This document shows positions 1-10,730 of a DNA stretch of 63,726 nucleotides, in pieces; the first letter of the stretch is position 1; the number at the start of each line of letters is the position of its first letter. Below the pieces are notes generated by a model. It saw nothing but the letters and a program-made list of their open reading frames with translations, did not search any database and was not told the origin of the DNA. The position numbers and the translations under genes are program-made. Source of the DNA: Chiloscyllium plagiosum (taxonomy: Eukaryota); NCBI RefSeq assembly GCF_004010195.1, contig NC_057719.1, forward strand, positions 17,780,165-17,843,890, given 5' to 3'.

Positions 1-496
1 ACACTTAGAGGTCATGAAAGACCCTATGTAAATGCAATGTTTTATTTAATTTATGTGGAACAGTGCCAAAGTAGAGAAAGTTGGAGGGAGAGCAAAAAGT
101 AGAAACTGTTGCCTAAAACAACTCACTCAATTCTGGCCAGTTGTACAGAACCTTGGCTTTTTTTTTGTTGTTTGTTGAAAATTTTGACAGGAGCTAGGCT
201 CAGCTCCCAAGATTTTTTAGCTGGGAGCTGTTGGCAGGGAGCTAAAATCTGGACTAAGCACTAGAGAGTTTGGCAAGGAAGTGTGCATTGCAATCTCTAC
301 AAGGTGTGATTGCAAGCAGGAGCTAAGTTTAACTCTAAAAGACACGGCTTCTGCAACATCCAGCTCTCCAGTACTTGTTTTCATTCCCGGTCGAGGTCTG
401 TGACCATAGGTTAGCTGTATTAATACACAGCCCATTATTACCAAGATATACAAATCGGAAGGTATAAGATTTTGACCCTGGCTGATGTAACTAATC

Positions 497-965
497 ACAG
501 AATCCTATAACAACAACATCAAAGGAGGTCGTTCTGTTAGTTATATTTGTACTGGCTCTCTGAAAGAGCAGCTCAGCTCATCCCACTCTATTGCCCTTTT
601 CCTTGCTGCCTTGCATTTTTTTTTCTTCAGACACCTATCTAATTCCTTTTAAAGGCCATGACTGTATTGTCTCCACAAATCTCTCAAACAATGCATGTCA
701 TATTGCAAATCATATTGCAATTAATTCATTTGACAGTTCAGTCTTCTCCCAATCCAAGCCAATACCATCATGGTACTGCCATTAAGCACCTTTGATCTCA
801 TCTACTTAGAGTCATAGAGTCTTGATCTAGACTCTTAGTGATTTTGAGCCCCTCTTCATATCTTCTCTTTCCCTTCCTGAAGGAGAATAACGCTGGTTTC
901 TCCACCTGTTCATCAAATTGAAGTTCCACATCCCTGAAGCTATTCTTCTCAATACTTGCCGTACC
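497..965 (-). mobile_element. Old CR1 LINE, 3' portion (continues at 1560-2230 after nested insertions)
   Basis: Reverse-complement CR1 3'UTR (agaatcctataacaac...aaaggaggtc) running into degenerate ORF2 C-terminal sequence (aaggagaataac...catccctgaagctattctt). Boundaries approximate. Confidence 0.6.
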
Positions 966-974
966 ATGTACTTG

Positions 975-1550
975 AGTTGGCAGCAGCTCAGAGTAAGTTC
1001 ACTAGACTGATTCTTGGGATGATGGGATTGTCGTGTAGGAAATGTTGAGCAAGTTGGACTGGGGCTTAGAAGAATGAAGTAATCTTATTGAAGCAATTAT
1101 TCTTAGGGAACATGACAGGGTAGATACCGAGAGGATGTTTCCTCTTCACAGGCATAATGAAGTATAGGGCAAAACAAAGGGTCTCCATTTAAGATGGAGA
1201 CTAGGAGAAATTTCTTCTCAGCATCACTAATCTTTGGAATTCTCTTCCTCAGATAGGAGTGGTGACTAGGTTGTTAAGTATATTCAGGATTGCGTTAGAT
1301 TCATTTTTGAGTGGTGGAATTGAGGGTTATTGGGGCAGCCTGTACATTGGAGTTATGATCATAGAATATAACAGCACAAAAGAAGGCCATTTGGCCTATT
1401 GTGCCTGTGCTCTTTAAGAGAGAGCTAACAAATTAATCTGTTCTGTCATCTACTACTTTGCCATGGCCCTGCAAAATTTCAGATGAACCGTGTCTTAATG
1501 AAGGCCAGAACAGACTTAAAGAGCTGTTTGGCCTTCCCCACTCAAGTTTA
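975..1550 (+). mobile_element. Degenerate CR1 LINE 3' fragment, split by a minus-strand CR1 tail at ~1361-1478
   Basis: aagttcactagactgattcttgggatg (FTRLI.GM-like), ggagaaatttcttctc, tggaattctcttcc, aagtatattcagg. The tail resumes at tcagatgaaccg...gagctgtttggcctt. Confidence 0.7.
1361..1478 (-). mobile_element. CR1 3' tail fragment
   Basis: catagaatataacagcacaaaagaaggccatttggcctatt is a reverse-complement CR1 tail, similar to the one at 53787. Confidence 0.6.
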
Positions 1551-1559
1551 AATTATTTT

Positions 1560-2230
1560 ATGTCCTTCTCTAAGGCCTTTACATCCTTCCTAAAATGTGG
1601 TGCCCAGCATTGAACACAATGCTCCAGTCAAGGCCAAACCAATGTCTTCTGCAGATTTATCAAGACTTCCTTGTTGTTGTACTCTATTCCTCTGCTGTAA
1701 AGCCCAGGATTCCATGTGCTTTTGAAACACTTTTTCAACTTGCCTGACCACCTTCAATAGTTTGTGCTGTTATATCCCCAGATCTCTCTGTTCCGACACC
1801 TGTTTTTGAATTGTACCCTTTGCTTTATATTGCATCTCCGTATTCGTCCTACCAAATTGTATTTCTTCGCCCTCTGCTGCATTAAATTTCATTGGCTGCC
1901 TACTTGTTCACTCCAATTAGCTTTTTGTCCTCTTGAAGTCTGTCACTACCCTCCTTACAGTTCACAATGCTTCTAAGTTTTGTCATCTTCAAATTTTGAC
2001 ATTTTGCCCATTACTCCTAAGTCTAATATGTATAGATCAGGAAGAACAGTGCACATCTCGGAAATCCCATTGTATATCTTCCTTTAGTCTGGAAAACAAC
2101 TGTTCAACACCACCTCTGTTTCCTGTCACTCAGACAATTTTGGTCCGATGCAGCAACTCTTCCTTTTATTCCAAATTTACATCAGCCTTGTTGACCAGCC
2201 TATTATATGGTATTTTATTCAACTCCTTTA
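1560..2230 (-). mobile_element. Old CR1 LINE RT region (upstream part of the 497-965 element)
   Basis: taaggcctttacatccttcctaaaatgtggtgcccagcattgaacacaatgctccag reads on the minus strand as LEHCVQCWAPHFRKDVKAL, a hallmark CR1 ORF2 motif. Confidence 0.75.
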
Positions 2231-2387
2231 GCTGCCTAGACCCTCACATCTGGAATTTCCTCACCCATCTCATTACATCTGTTTTCTTCTTTTCACATCA
2301 TTTTCTCAAATCATTGGCCAAATTTTTGCCTACCTGACTCAGTCTCCAGTCATTGGACTAAGGGTTTTTCGTGTTGCTATGGTCTGG

Positions 2388-2548
2388 CGCCTCATCTTCC
2401 GCCTAGGAACCCTTCAACCACAAGGGATGAACTCAGATTTCTCCAGTTTCCTCATTTCCCCTCCCCCCACCTTGTCTCAGTCAAATCCCTCAAACTCAGC
2501 ACCGCCTTCCTAACCTGCAATCATCTTCCTGACCTCTCCGCCCCCACC
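2388..2548 (+). mobile_element. Penelope-like element fragment: GIY-YIG endonuclease C-terminus and start of 3' region
   Basis: From 2388 it translates to RLIFRLGTLQPQGMNSDFSSFLISP, matching the Penelope ORF terminal motif (xIFxLxTLxPxGxN). Confidence 0.8.
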
Positions 2549-3048
2549 TAAATTCCAGTTTATCAGATCATCTTGCGCTATTAATCTAAAGCTGTCCTTT
2601 TGTTCAACAGGGATTTTTAGCTTTATTCTCAGATCTCTAATACCTATTTGTTTCTTTAGCTGGACCTTTAACCAAGACTGCTCTTACACATCCTCCCTTC
2701 CTGATGGAATTTGTGACTGCCTGTGCTTCATGCTCACACTTGCTTCTATGCTTCTCTTACCAGGTCTGAAGAAAAAGGCTTTATCATGAAGTGCTATTTT
2801 GCCCTTATATATTGTTTCATGCGTGTCTGTGTAAGCTGCCTCCATATTCAGCTGCTACAGCTGCCAACTCTCTGTTTAAGTATCTCTCAAAGCCGTAAAG
2901 TCTTTAAAGCTTCTCGGACAAATCGAAGTCCCTGTTCTAAGATCCACTGGAATTCTCTGCATGCGGGTCTCAATCCATCATCAGATTGGCTGGAATTTAA
3001 TGCAGTCTTCAACATTGACTCTTTTAGAACATTGCCATTTACAATAGC

Positions 3049-3263
3049 AGCTGAAAATGTGTTGCTTTAAAAGCGCAGTAGGTCAGGCAGCATCCAAGGA
3101 ACAGGAGAATTGACATTTCGGACATGAGCCCATCTTCAGGAAGAAGGGCTCCTGGACACACTTTCCTCATTTCTGAAGAAGGGCTTATGCCCGAAACGTC
3201 GATTCTCCTGCTCCTTGGATGCTGCCTGACCTGCGGCGCTTTTCCAGCAACACATTTTCAGCT
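3049..3263. mobile_element. Fold-back Penelope-derived mini-element, family A, with hammerhead-like core
   Basis: Inverted arms of about 90 bp (agctgaaaatgtgttgct...agcaacacattttcagct). Plus-strand core is CTGAAGA-A-GGGC-TTAT-GCCC-GAAA-CG-TC at 3173-3200. Confidence 0.8.
3173..3204 (+). ncRNA. Minimal hammerhead-ribozyme-like motif
   Basis: CUGAAGA (3173-3179), 4-bp stem II GGGC/GCCC, GAAA (3193-3196), palindromic ACGU, then C. Stem I is weak in this copy and activity is untested. Confidence 0.5.
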
Positions 3264-3819
3264 CAGTCTCCAGTCATGTCTGATAACCGTTATGAAGCTC
3301 CTTGAGGTGGGATATGAGTGCAACTTGTTTAAATTGGAATTGTGTTTTTATATCGGCGTTTACACTGCCCATACACAGAGTGCTTGCACGTTGTAACTCC
3401 TTTCATCGGAAACGAAGCAGTTCTGATGAAGCTGGTTACCTTGGTATTGCTCGTCAATTTTAAACTATTGCTGTGCCCAGATCTCCGCATTGCAAGACAA
3501 AACATTTTCACCTCTATGTTATGCTTTTGTTTGTTAGTTCTGTGTTAATCCAAACTATGTGCCACATAGATCTTAGTTGGGCTGTACAATGTAATGTTCT
3601 GATGTTAGGATGGCAGAAATGTTGTATGAACTGTGTTCACTGCAGCTACTGCATGCAGTTTTCAAACCTCACTCTCAAAGCAGACACTTGCAACACATGC
3701 CCTCCCGGGGCGATTCTGATTTTAAACGACAGGGTGCGATCACACCAGATTGTCCATCTGTTGCACACCCACTGATCTGATTTACAGTCAAAGGCCCAAA
3801 TCAAAATTGCTCCCATCTT

Positions 3820-5354
3820 TTTGCATCAGTATTTACTGTGAAAAAGGATATGGAAGATATAGAAAATAGCAAAATAGATGGTGACACCTTGCAAAATGTC
3901 TATATTACAGAGGAGGACTTATACACTTAATGGTAAGGTCCAAGAGACATTGGAGTGCAGGTTCATAGCTCCTTGAAATTGGAGTCGCAGGTAGATAGGA
4001 TAGTGAAGAAGGCGTTTGGAATGCTTTCCTTTATCAGTCAGAGTATTGAGTACAGGAGTTGGGAGGTCATGTTGTGGCAGTACAGTCATTGGTTCGGCCA
4101 CTGTTGGAACGCATAAAGGTGAATAAATCCCCAGGACCCAATCAGTTGTACCCTAGAACTCTGTGGGAAGCTGGAGAAGTGATTGCTGGGCCTCTTGCTG
4201 AGATATTTGTATCATCGATAGTCACAGGTGAGGTGCCAGAAGACTGGAGGTTGGCAAACGTGCCACTCTTTAAGAAGGGTAGTAAGGACAAGCCAGGGAA
4301 CTATAGACCAGTNNNNNNNNNNNNNNNNNNNNNNNNNNNNNNNNNNNNNNNNNNNNNNNNNNNNNNNNNNNNNNNNNNNNNNNNNNNNNNNNNNNNNNNN
4401 NNNNNNNNNNNNNNNNNNNNNNNNNNNNNNNNNNNNNNNNNNNNNNNNNNNNNNNNNNNNNNNNNNNNNNNNNNNNNNNNNNNNNNNNNNNNNNNNNNNN
4501 NNNNNNNNNNNNNNNNNNNNNNNNNNNNNNNNNNNNNNNNNNNNNNNNNNNNNNNNNNNNNNNNNNNNNNNNNNNNNNNNNNNNNNNNNNNNGGTTACCT
4601 CAGATTACAACAGGATCTTGATCAGATGGGCCAATGGGCTGAGAAATGGCAGATGGAGTTTAATTCAGATAAATGCGAGGTGCTGCATTTTGGGAAAGCA
4701 AATCTTAGCAGGACTTATACACTTAATGGTAAGGTCCTAGGGAGTGTTGCTGAACAAAGAGACAATGGAGTTCAGGTTCATAGCTCCTTGAAAGTGGAGT
4801 CGCAGGTAGATAGGATAGTGAAGAAGGTGTTTGGAATGCTTTCCTTTATCAGTCAGAGTATTGAGTACAGGAGTTGGGAGGTCATGTTGTGGCTGTACAG
4901 TCATTGGTTCGACCACTGTTGGAATATTGTGTGCAATTCTGGTTTCCTTCTTATCAGAAAGATGTTGTGAAACTTGAAAGGGTTCAGAAAAGATTTACAA
5001 GGATATTGCCAGGGTTGGAGGATTTGAGCAATTGGGACAGGCAGAACAGGCTGGGGCTGTTTTCCCTGGAGCTTCGGAGGCTGAGGGGTGACCTTATAGG
5101 GGCATGGATAGGGTAAATAGACAAAATCTTTTCCCTGGGGTGGGGGAAGTCCAGAACTGGAAGGCATAGGTTTATTGTGAGAGGGGAATTACAACATTTA
5201 AAAGCCGTTTGGATGGGTATATGAATAGGAAGGGTTTGGAAGGATATGGGCCGGGTGCTGGCAGGTGGGACTGGATTGTGTTGGAATATCTGGTTGGCAT
5301 GGACGGGTTGGACCGAAGGGTCTGTTTCCATGCTGTACATCTCTATGACTCTAT
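3820..5354 (+). mobile_element. HER1/CR1 LINE, 5'-truncated, spanning the assembly gap
   Basis: ORF 4059-4970 has KSPGP...YPRTL, PEDWRLANV.PLFKKG...PGNYRP and WQMEFN..KCEVLHFG. Downstream are LEYCVQFW and a 3' tail ggaccgaagggtctgtttccatgctgtacatctctatgactctat. Confidence 0.95.
4313..4592. other. Assembly gap (280 N)
   Basis: Run of N inside the CR1 RT region. Confidence 1.
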
Positions 5355-5590
5355 CTGCAGTAACCCCAGCCTTTTCATTTCATCTCCTCATGGAGAAGTT
5401 AAACCATATTTAAGAATCCATTTCACACCCGGAGTCTTTTCTCCCTTCTTCAATGACGACTAATGTTTGCAGCTGACTTCCTGCTAACTAGCTACGATGA
5501 CTTTTCTTTCTTCTTGTGTCTGGGTGTGGGGTAGTTGGAGCAGCAATAAGCAGGGGGGAGAGCAATAAGACCTCAATTTAATGAAAAAAA

Positions 5591-5830
5591 ATACCAAAAG
5601 AACTTCGGAGGCTGGCAATCAGAAACAAAGACAGAAATAACTGGAAAAGCTTAGCAGGTCCAGCAGCATCTCTGGAGAGAATTCAGAGTTAATGTTTCAT
5701 GTCCAGTGACCCTCCTTCAGAATTGATGGTAGCTAGGAGGGAGTAAGGAATAAACGATAGGTGGAGATAGAGCCCAAAGAGAGAGAAGAAGAGTTGGACA
5801 CACAAAGGAGTGTTTAATAGTCAGCCTGGG
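5591..5830 (-). mobile_element. Penelope-derived terminal-repeat fragment (third subfamily) with degenerate hammerhead core
   Basis: Shares ctggaaaagc...agcaggtc..gcagcatc with family A. The minus strand reads CTGAAGG-AGGGTCACTGGACAT-GAAA-CA-TT (5720 to 5691). Confidence 0.65.
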
Positions 5831-6549
5831 AGAATGAATGCAATTTAAACATCCATTTAAAACACCTCTGAGATTCAGGTCAGCTAAACCTTCTACATTA
5901 TTTCTGCCATGCTGGCTCAAAGTAGCCAGAGTCCTGAAGACAGTGCAGGTTAGAACCTGGTCCACATCACTTCTCCTTATGTGATAAATATTAATATTTA
6001 ATTATTAATTGTGTAATGAAGGAAGTTTAAAAAACATATTCTGCAGCAATATGGCTTAAAAGAAAATGTTTTTGTTCTTCATTATAAAACAAAGTGACCA
6101 TATAGGGGAGGAAAGCAACTCTTTCATAGCTGTTTAGAGGTAGAATTCATTTTGTACATAGTACAATAGATATAACTGCTTATTTTTGTGTAATTTCAAA
6201 CCAGGAAAGTGCGATTAGATTCAAATAACCTGTATTTCTGGTTTGCTGCCTTTTCCAGTGAACATATTTGTGGTAGGGTTATTTATTTTGCTTATTTCAT
6301 AATTTCTTTTAAACTCTGTTATCAATGGATTGGATAATCTGGCGAGATCATCAACACCATGAAATGTTGCTCTGGGTCCACTTGCTCGTGAACATTCAAA
6401 AGATTTATGTGAACCTCTCTCTGCTGTCTCAACAGAGGGATCCCCTGTTGTGGATTACTGTTCTTTCTTGACTAAATGAGTGGAATCAGAAAAATCATGT
6501 GAAAGTTTTGAGGACTTCCATGCCAATTTGCCAGATTTTTACTGTAGTT

Positions 6550-6647
6550 GGCAAATGGGATTGGATTAATTTAGGATATCTTGTCGGCATGGACGAGTTG
6601 GATTGAAGGGTCTGTTTATGTGCTGTATGTCTCTATGATTGTGACTC
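6550..6647 (+). mobile_element. Short HER1/CR1 3' tail
   Basis: Aligns to 5260-5354 (ggcatggacgagttggattgaagggtctgttt...ctctatga). Confidence 0.85.
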
Positions 6648-7729
6648 CTGGCAGATAACACTGATGTATAGCCTGCTTCTATGGTTTGAATTTTTTTGCT
6701 TTAAGACAGCATGGAAGTGTAAATGAACATGCTCCACTGGGTGTCTACACTGTACATCTTGGTAAATTGAGGTAAAAAGGGATACTCAGAAGTAAAGATA
6801 TTTATGTTGGTAGTCAGCTATTTAACCTTTCAAAATTATTACTTTTTTTATTTATTGAATAATTTTTGTTAAATTATTTGTTCCAAAGTAATACATTTGT
6901 ATTTATATTTCACAATAATAATGAAAGACCAGAATTAAAATTTCAGAAGTGTGGCATCAAGAAAGAAATCTCCATAAATATAATAAGATTGCATAATATG
7001 GAGAAAGGATTTTATAAATTACAGCAAAATAACAGCACAAGTATGTGTTGTGGGATTAACAAGACTGAATAACCAGCATTGACCTTAACAAGGGAATGAC
7101 ATGCTGGAGGGCGAGAGAAAGGCCGACCAGTACTGCCCCATTACAATCGCCGGAAAAGGTTCAGCTCATGGGCACTGTAAGAAGAAGGGAAAAAGCTGGC
7201 ATTTCTCATTACTTATTATAAATCCGGATATTTATGTGGCAGGGTATTGGTGGTTTTGGCAAAAAGTTTGGGTGTTTTGGAAGTGAGAATTCCTTGCGAT
7301 TGTCCAAAGTCAACAGGCTGTGTGTGTTACTTTAAAGCAGGATACTTTGGCCCATGTTCTGCTTTTGCTAGCAGACAGGTGATTGGTACAGCTATGTGCT
7401 GAAATGCTAATACTAGTATGAGCAAGAGCAAGGAGAGAAATGAGTGCTTACTGTCTCTGGCCACTGTTGTACTGACTAAGAAAACATTTGCTATATAAGG
7501 AAGTTGTTTGGCAAGTGGTATTGGTTCCGGTGTAAACTCCCTTGTTGACGGTGACTGTCGTAGTCCCACTTTCATATTCTTTCATTGTTTCTTTTTTGAA
7601 TTTATTTAATTCTGTTTCTCTCCTTAGATTTTAAAAGTCTCATTTTTGTTTTCAACTCCTTTTGTCGTGGCATGGTGACGTTCTGAGTTTCTCCATCTCT
7701 GGCCTGTTCAGTGTCTCCTGTTACAGTTG

Positions 7730-7985
7730 CTTCACTGTTGGCAGCTGTGCCTTCAATCACCTAAACCCAAAGCTCTATACCTCCCACCTCCCAACTATTT
7801 GTAATCACATTTCTTCATTTAGATAGTCTTAAATCCCTACTTTTTTGACCAACTGCTAGTCTCCTTTTGTAACATCTCCTTATGTAACAGCTCACTATCC
7901 AAGTTTTGTCTGATAAAACACATGGAAAGTAACTAGCAGCTATTCACTGCAAAAGATGGTGCATAAAAGCACTCCATTTCTGTTG
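7730..7985 (+). mobile_element. L2-type LINE 3' fragment (old)
   Basis: gtgccttcaatcacctaaacccaaagctct...ctactttttgaccaa...catctccttatg...ttttgtctgataa matches the other L2 tails in the window. Confidence 0.55.
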
Positions 7986-8133
7986 ATTTGGGTTTAATAA
8001 GTAGCCAAGTGTGATGAAGTCTGTCCAATCTTTACAGGACAGCAGTTTTGTGTATCTCCTACCTCAGGAATAGCATCTAAGTCAAATTTCTGTCTTAGAG
8101 CCAAGCCTTTTTTTTTGTTATTATTGGTTTGCA

Positions 8134-8480
8134 GTCATGATTTGGAGATGCCGGTGTTGGACTGGGGTGTACAAAGTTAAAAATCAGGCACAAGTGAGGA
8201 CTGCAGATGCTGGAAACCAGAGTTTAGATCAGAGTGGTGCTGGAAAAGCACAGGAGGTCAGGCAGCATCTGAGGAGCAGGAAAATCGACGTTTCGGGCAA
8301 AGCCCTTCATCAGGAAGTTAAAAATCATACAACACCAAGTTATAGTCCAATAGGTTTAATTAGACGCAGTAGCTTTTAGAGCGCTGCTCCCAACCACCTG
8401 ATGAAGGAGCAGTGTTCCTAAAGCTAGTGCTTCCAGTTAAACCTGTTGGACTCTAACCTGGTGTTGTGTGATTTTTACCT
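8134..8480. mobile_element. Fold-back Penelope-derived mini-element, family B, with 10-bp TSD
   Basis: Flanked by ttggtttgca at 8124-8133 and 8481-8490. Inverted arms run aaaaatcatacaacacc.../...ggtgttgtgtgattttt, with core CTGATGA at 8398-8404. Homologous to 59513-59713. Confidence 0.85.
8187..8314 (-). mobile_element. Family A Penelope-derived single arm nested in the family B element, 13-bp TSD
   Basis: TSD aagttaaaaatca at 8174-8186 and 8315-8327. The minus strand begins C-CTGATGA-A-GGGC-TTT-GCCC-GAAA-CG-TC. Confidence 0.9.
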
Positions 8481-9087
8481 TTGGTTTGCAATAACTGTTA
8501 TGTCCAGTTGCTGAACATCAATGTGAGACACCCTGGGATTGAAGCCCATTGTTATCCAGACACTTTCCTTCTGATTTTCTTTTCGCACTTAACGTGTTTG
8601 TTTTAAGTTCTGAGTTAAAGGAAAGAATAAGAATGTGCCTTTCTTTATTGTATATGCTGATGTCCCAGTAATATGTAAAATCAAAACGGAACTAGTTGTT
8701 ACAAGATAGCGGTGAGAGTGGTGAGTTTCTGTGAAGGCGCCTCATGGGCTTATGAACATTCACATTCCAGCTGTTGCCAGCAATCTCCCCAAATCATTTC
8801 AACTGTCCAGGAGGTTAGAATGCAGGGAAAACAAAACTTGGGATGTAATTGTGAGTGGGTTGGTGGATGTCCCTCCGGGAGATACAGGATACCAAAAATA
8901 TTCAGTGCATTTGTTCAGAGATTGTTTTGCATTCTGTGGTTACTCCGGGGAAGTTCTATTTATGTAACACATTTGGTTTCCTTCATTTGTAATTTTCTTT
9001 GAACGTTTAAGCTCAAATTGTGCGCATTAGCCGGACATTTGCCCAATTCTAAATCATTTCCTTCCCAATGGAGACTCAGTCATTGAC

Positions 9088-9200
9088 TAAGGTTGCCCCG
9101 GAGTTTCCAAGAATGCTGGGTTAATTTCCAGGAGACTATGGCCAGCAACACAGGAGAACAATTATAGGGTTACATTCTTTTAATAAAATTTTTATTCTAT
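9088..9200 (+). mobile_element. Possible old hAT-like non-autonomous remnant
   Basis: Begins taaggttgcc, resembling TAGGGTTGCCA-type termini, and shares ccaRgaatg...ttaatttcc with 38745-38860. Very degenerate. Confidence 0.3.
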
Positions 9201-10465
9201 CTGTTTGTAAGTTATTTAAAAAATTGGAACCAGGGAACCAGGCAGTTAGACCTTCTACCAGGTTCCATTCATTTGAGTGTTGAAGAGTTTGCTTGTTCTG
9301 CAGTTGATATCTGAAAGCAGGGCTCCAGGTAGACATGTTGGATTACCAGTGGGATAGGAGTTTGGAGCATGATGTTTCCTAGATGGAAGTTGTATGATGA
9401 GGTTCCGAACAACATGACCAACTGAGAGAGGTGGGATCTGGTAGGTGTAATCCAGTAGTGACTTAGAGCAGGAGCTCCAGTGCTAGGTTTACTCTGTGCA
9501 GTGCAGTGAGTAGGACAGTAATGTTTCAATTCAGGTCTCAGCCAGTCAGTGAGAAGAAAACTAGAAACCTGCCTTTATGGATGAGGTTTATTAAATACTC
9601 AGTCTCACAGTTCCTTCCACACACCAGTCTCACCTGTTCCCCATTCATATTGGTCCAGCCAGTTTTTTAATCAATCATCCTGGTCATCTGCTTAACTGTG
9701 TCCTGTGTTAAGGTATTGTAGGTTCTAACCTCTGATCTTCACACCTGCGTGGTCTAGTTAGTACTCAACATCCAATAGTACAACCAGCCCACTCTGATAT
9801 GAGGGGAGCTGCAAAAATTCACTTTTGTTTAATGGCACGAGTGGGAATTAAGATATTCTTTGTGTTGGGGGAGGCTTGTGGTGTTGGCTGATTGAATGCT
9901 GAATGAAGTTGGGTTGTGCAACCAGTGGCTGCACTTGCCTGATACCTGGGAGTTTTGTGACTGAGATTGTCTTTGACAGGTAGAAATCAATTGATCCTAA
10001 GTGACATGCATTTTAAATTGGTGATAGCATTCCTGCAAAGAACTCTGTTGCCAGTCATAAAATAAAGAATTTTTTTAAACCGCCTTTTATATACAAGCAT
10101 CTTTCGCAAGTGAAAGTTTTATCCAGAGTAGAGGTGTGCTGGCAGAGTTAATATGAATGGAGCTGTGAATGGCCACCGCTTGTGGTGTTAGTCGCTGTGG
10201 GGGTAGCATTTCTGTCAGAGCTATGTTTGCTAACGGGTTCTTTGAAAATGATATTTATTGTAACCAGGCACAGCTTCAGAAATGATGCACACCATGTAGT
10301 TGGCACATTTCCACTTAGATTAGGGAATGTACAGCCATTCCTTATTCCTGGTATTAATCCATGATTTAGCAGTTCAAATTAAACAGGCAGTACCTTACTT
10401 GTCAAACCTTACTAGATTTTTAGCATTTCTAATCCCGAATTGACAGGGAATTACATTAAATATTG

Positions 10466-10730
10466 ATGGAAAGTGGGCGTTGCTGGCTAATCCAGCATTT
10501 ATTGCCCAGAGGTCAGTTAAGAGTAAACGACATTACTGAGAGTCTGGAGTCAAATGTAAGCCAGGGCAGGTAAGGATGGCATTAGTGAACCAGATGTTTT
10601 TTTCTCAACAATGTTAATTAATTTCAGAATTTTATCATGCCCATGGCAAGATTTGAGTCTAGGTTCCCAGAATATTACCTGGGTCTGTTAGATTAATAGT
10701 CTAGCAATAATACCAAGCCATTACCTTCTC
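10466..10730 (-). mobile_element. Shark tRNA-headed SINE (family distinct from HE1)
   Basis: The minus strand has a tRNA-like head (ggtaatggcttggtattattgctagactattaatc...acctagactcaaatc) and a tail gggcaataaatgctgg. Related to 13295-13520 and 60858-61215. Confidence 0.65.

Noticed and set aside
4059..4970. 303-aa ORF as a host gene
   Set aside because: It is CR1 ORF2 read through 280 Ns, with a rearranged N-terminus, and is not an intact gene.
9270..9530. Possible RTE-type RT remnant on the minus strand (INCRTSKLFN resembles YRTxGKLFN)
   Set aside because: It is a single short motif with no supporting flanking motifs.
9520..9785. Possible solo LTR on the minus strand (AATAAA, TG start)
   Set aside because: I found no convincing TG...CA pair with a TSD and no second copy.
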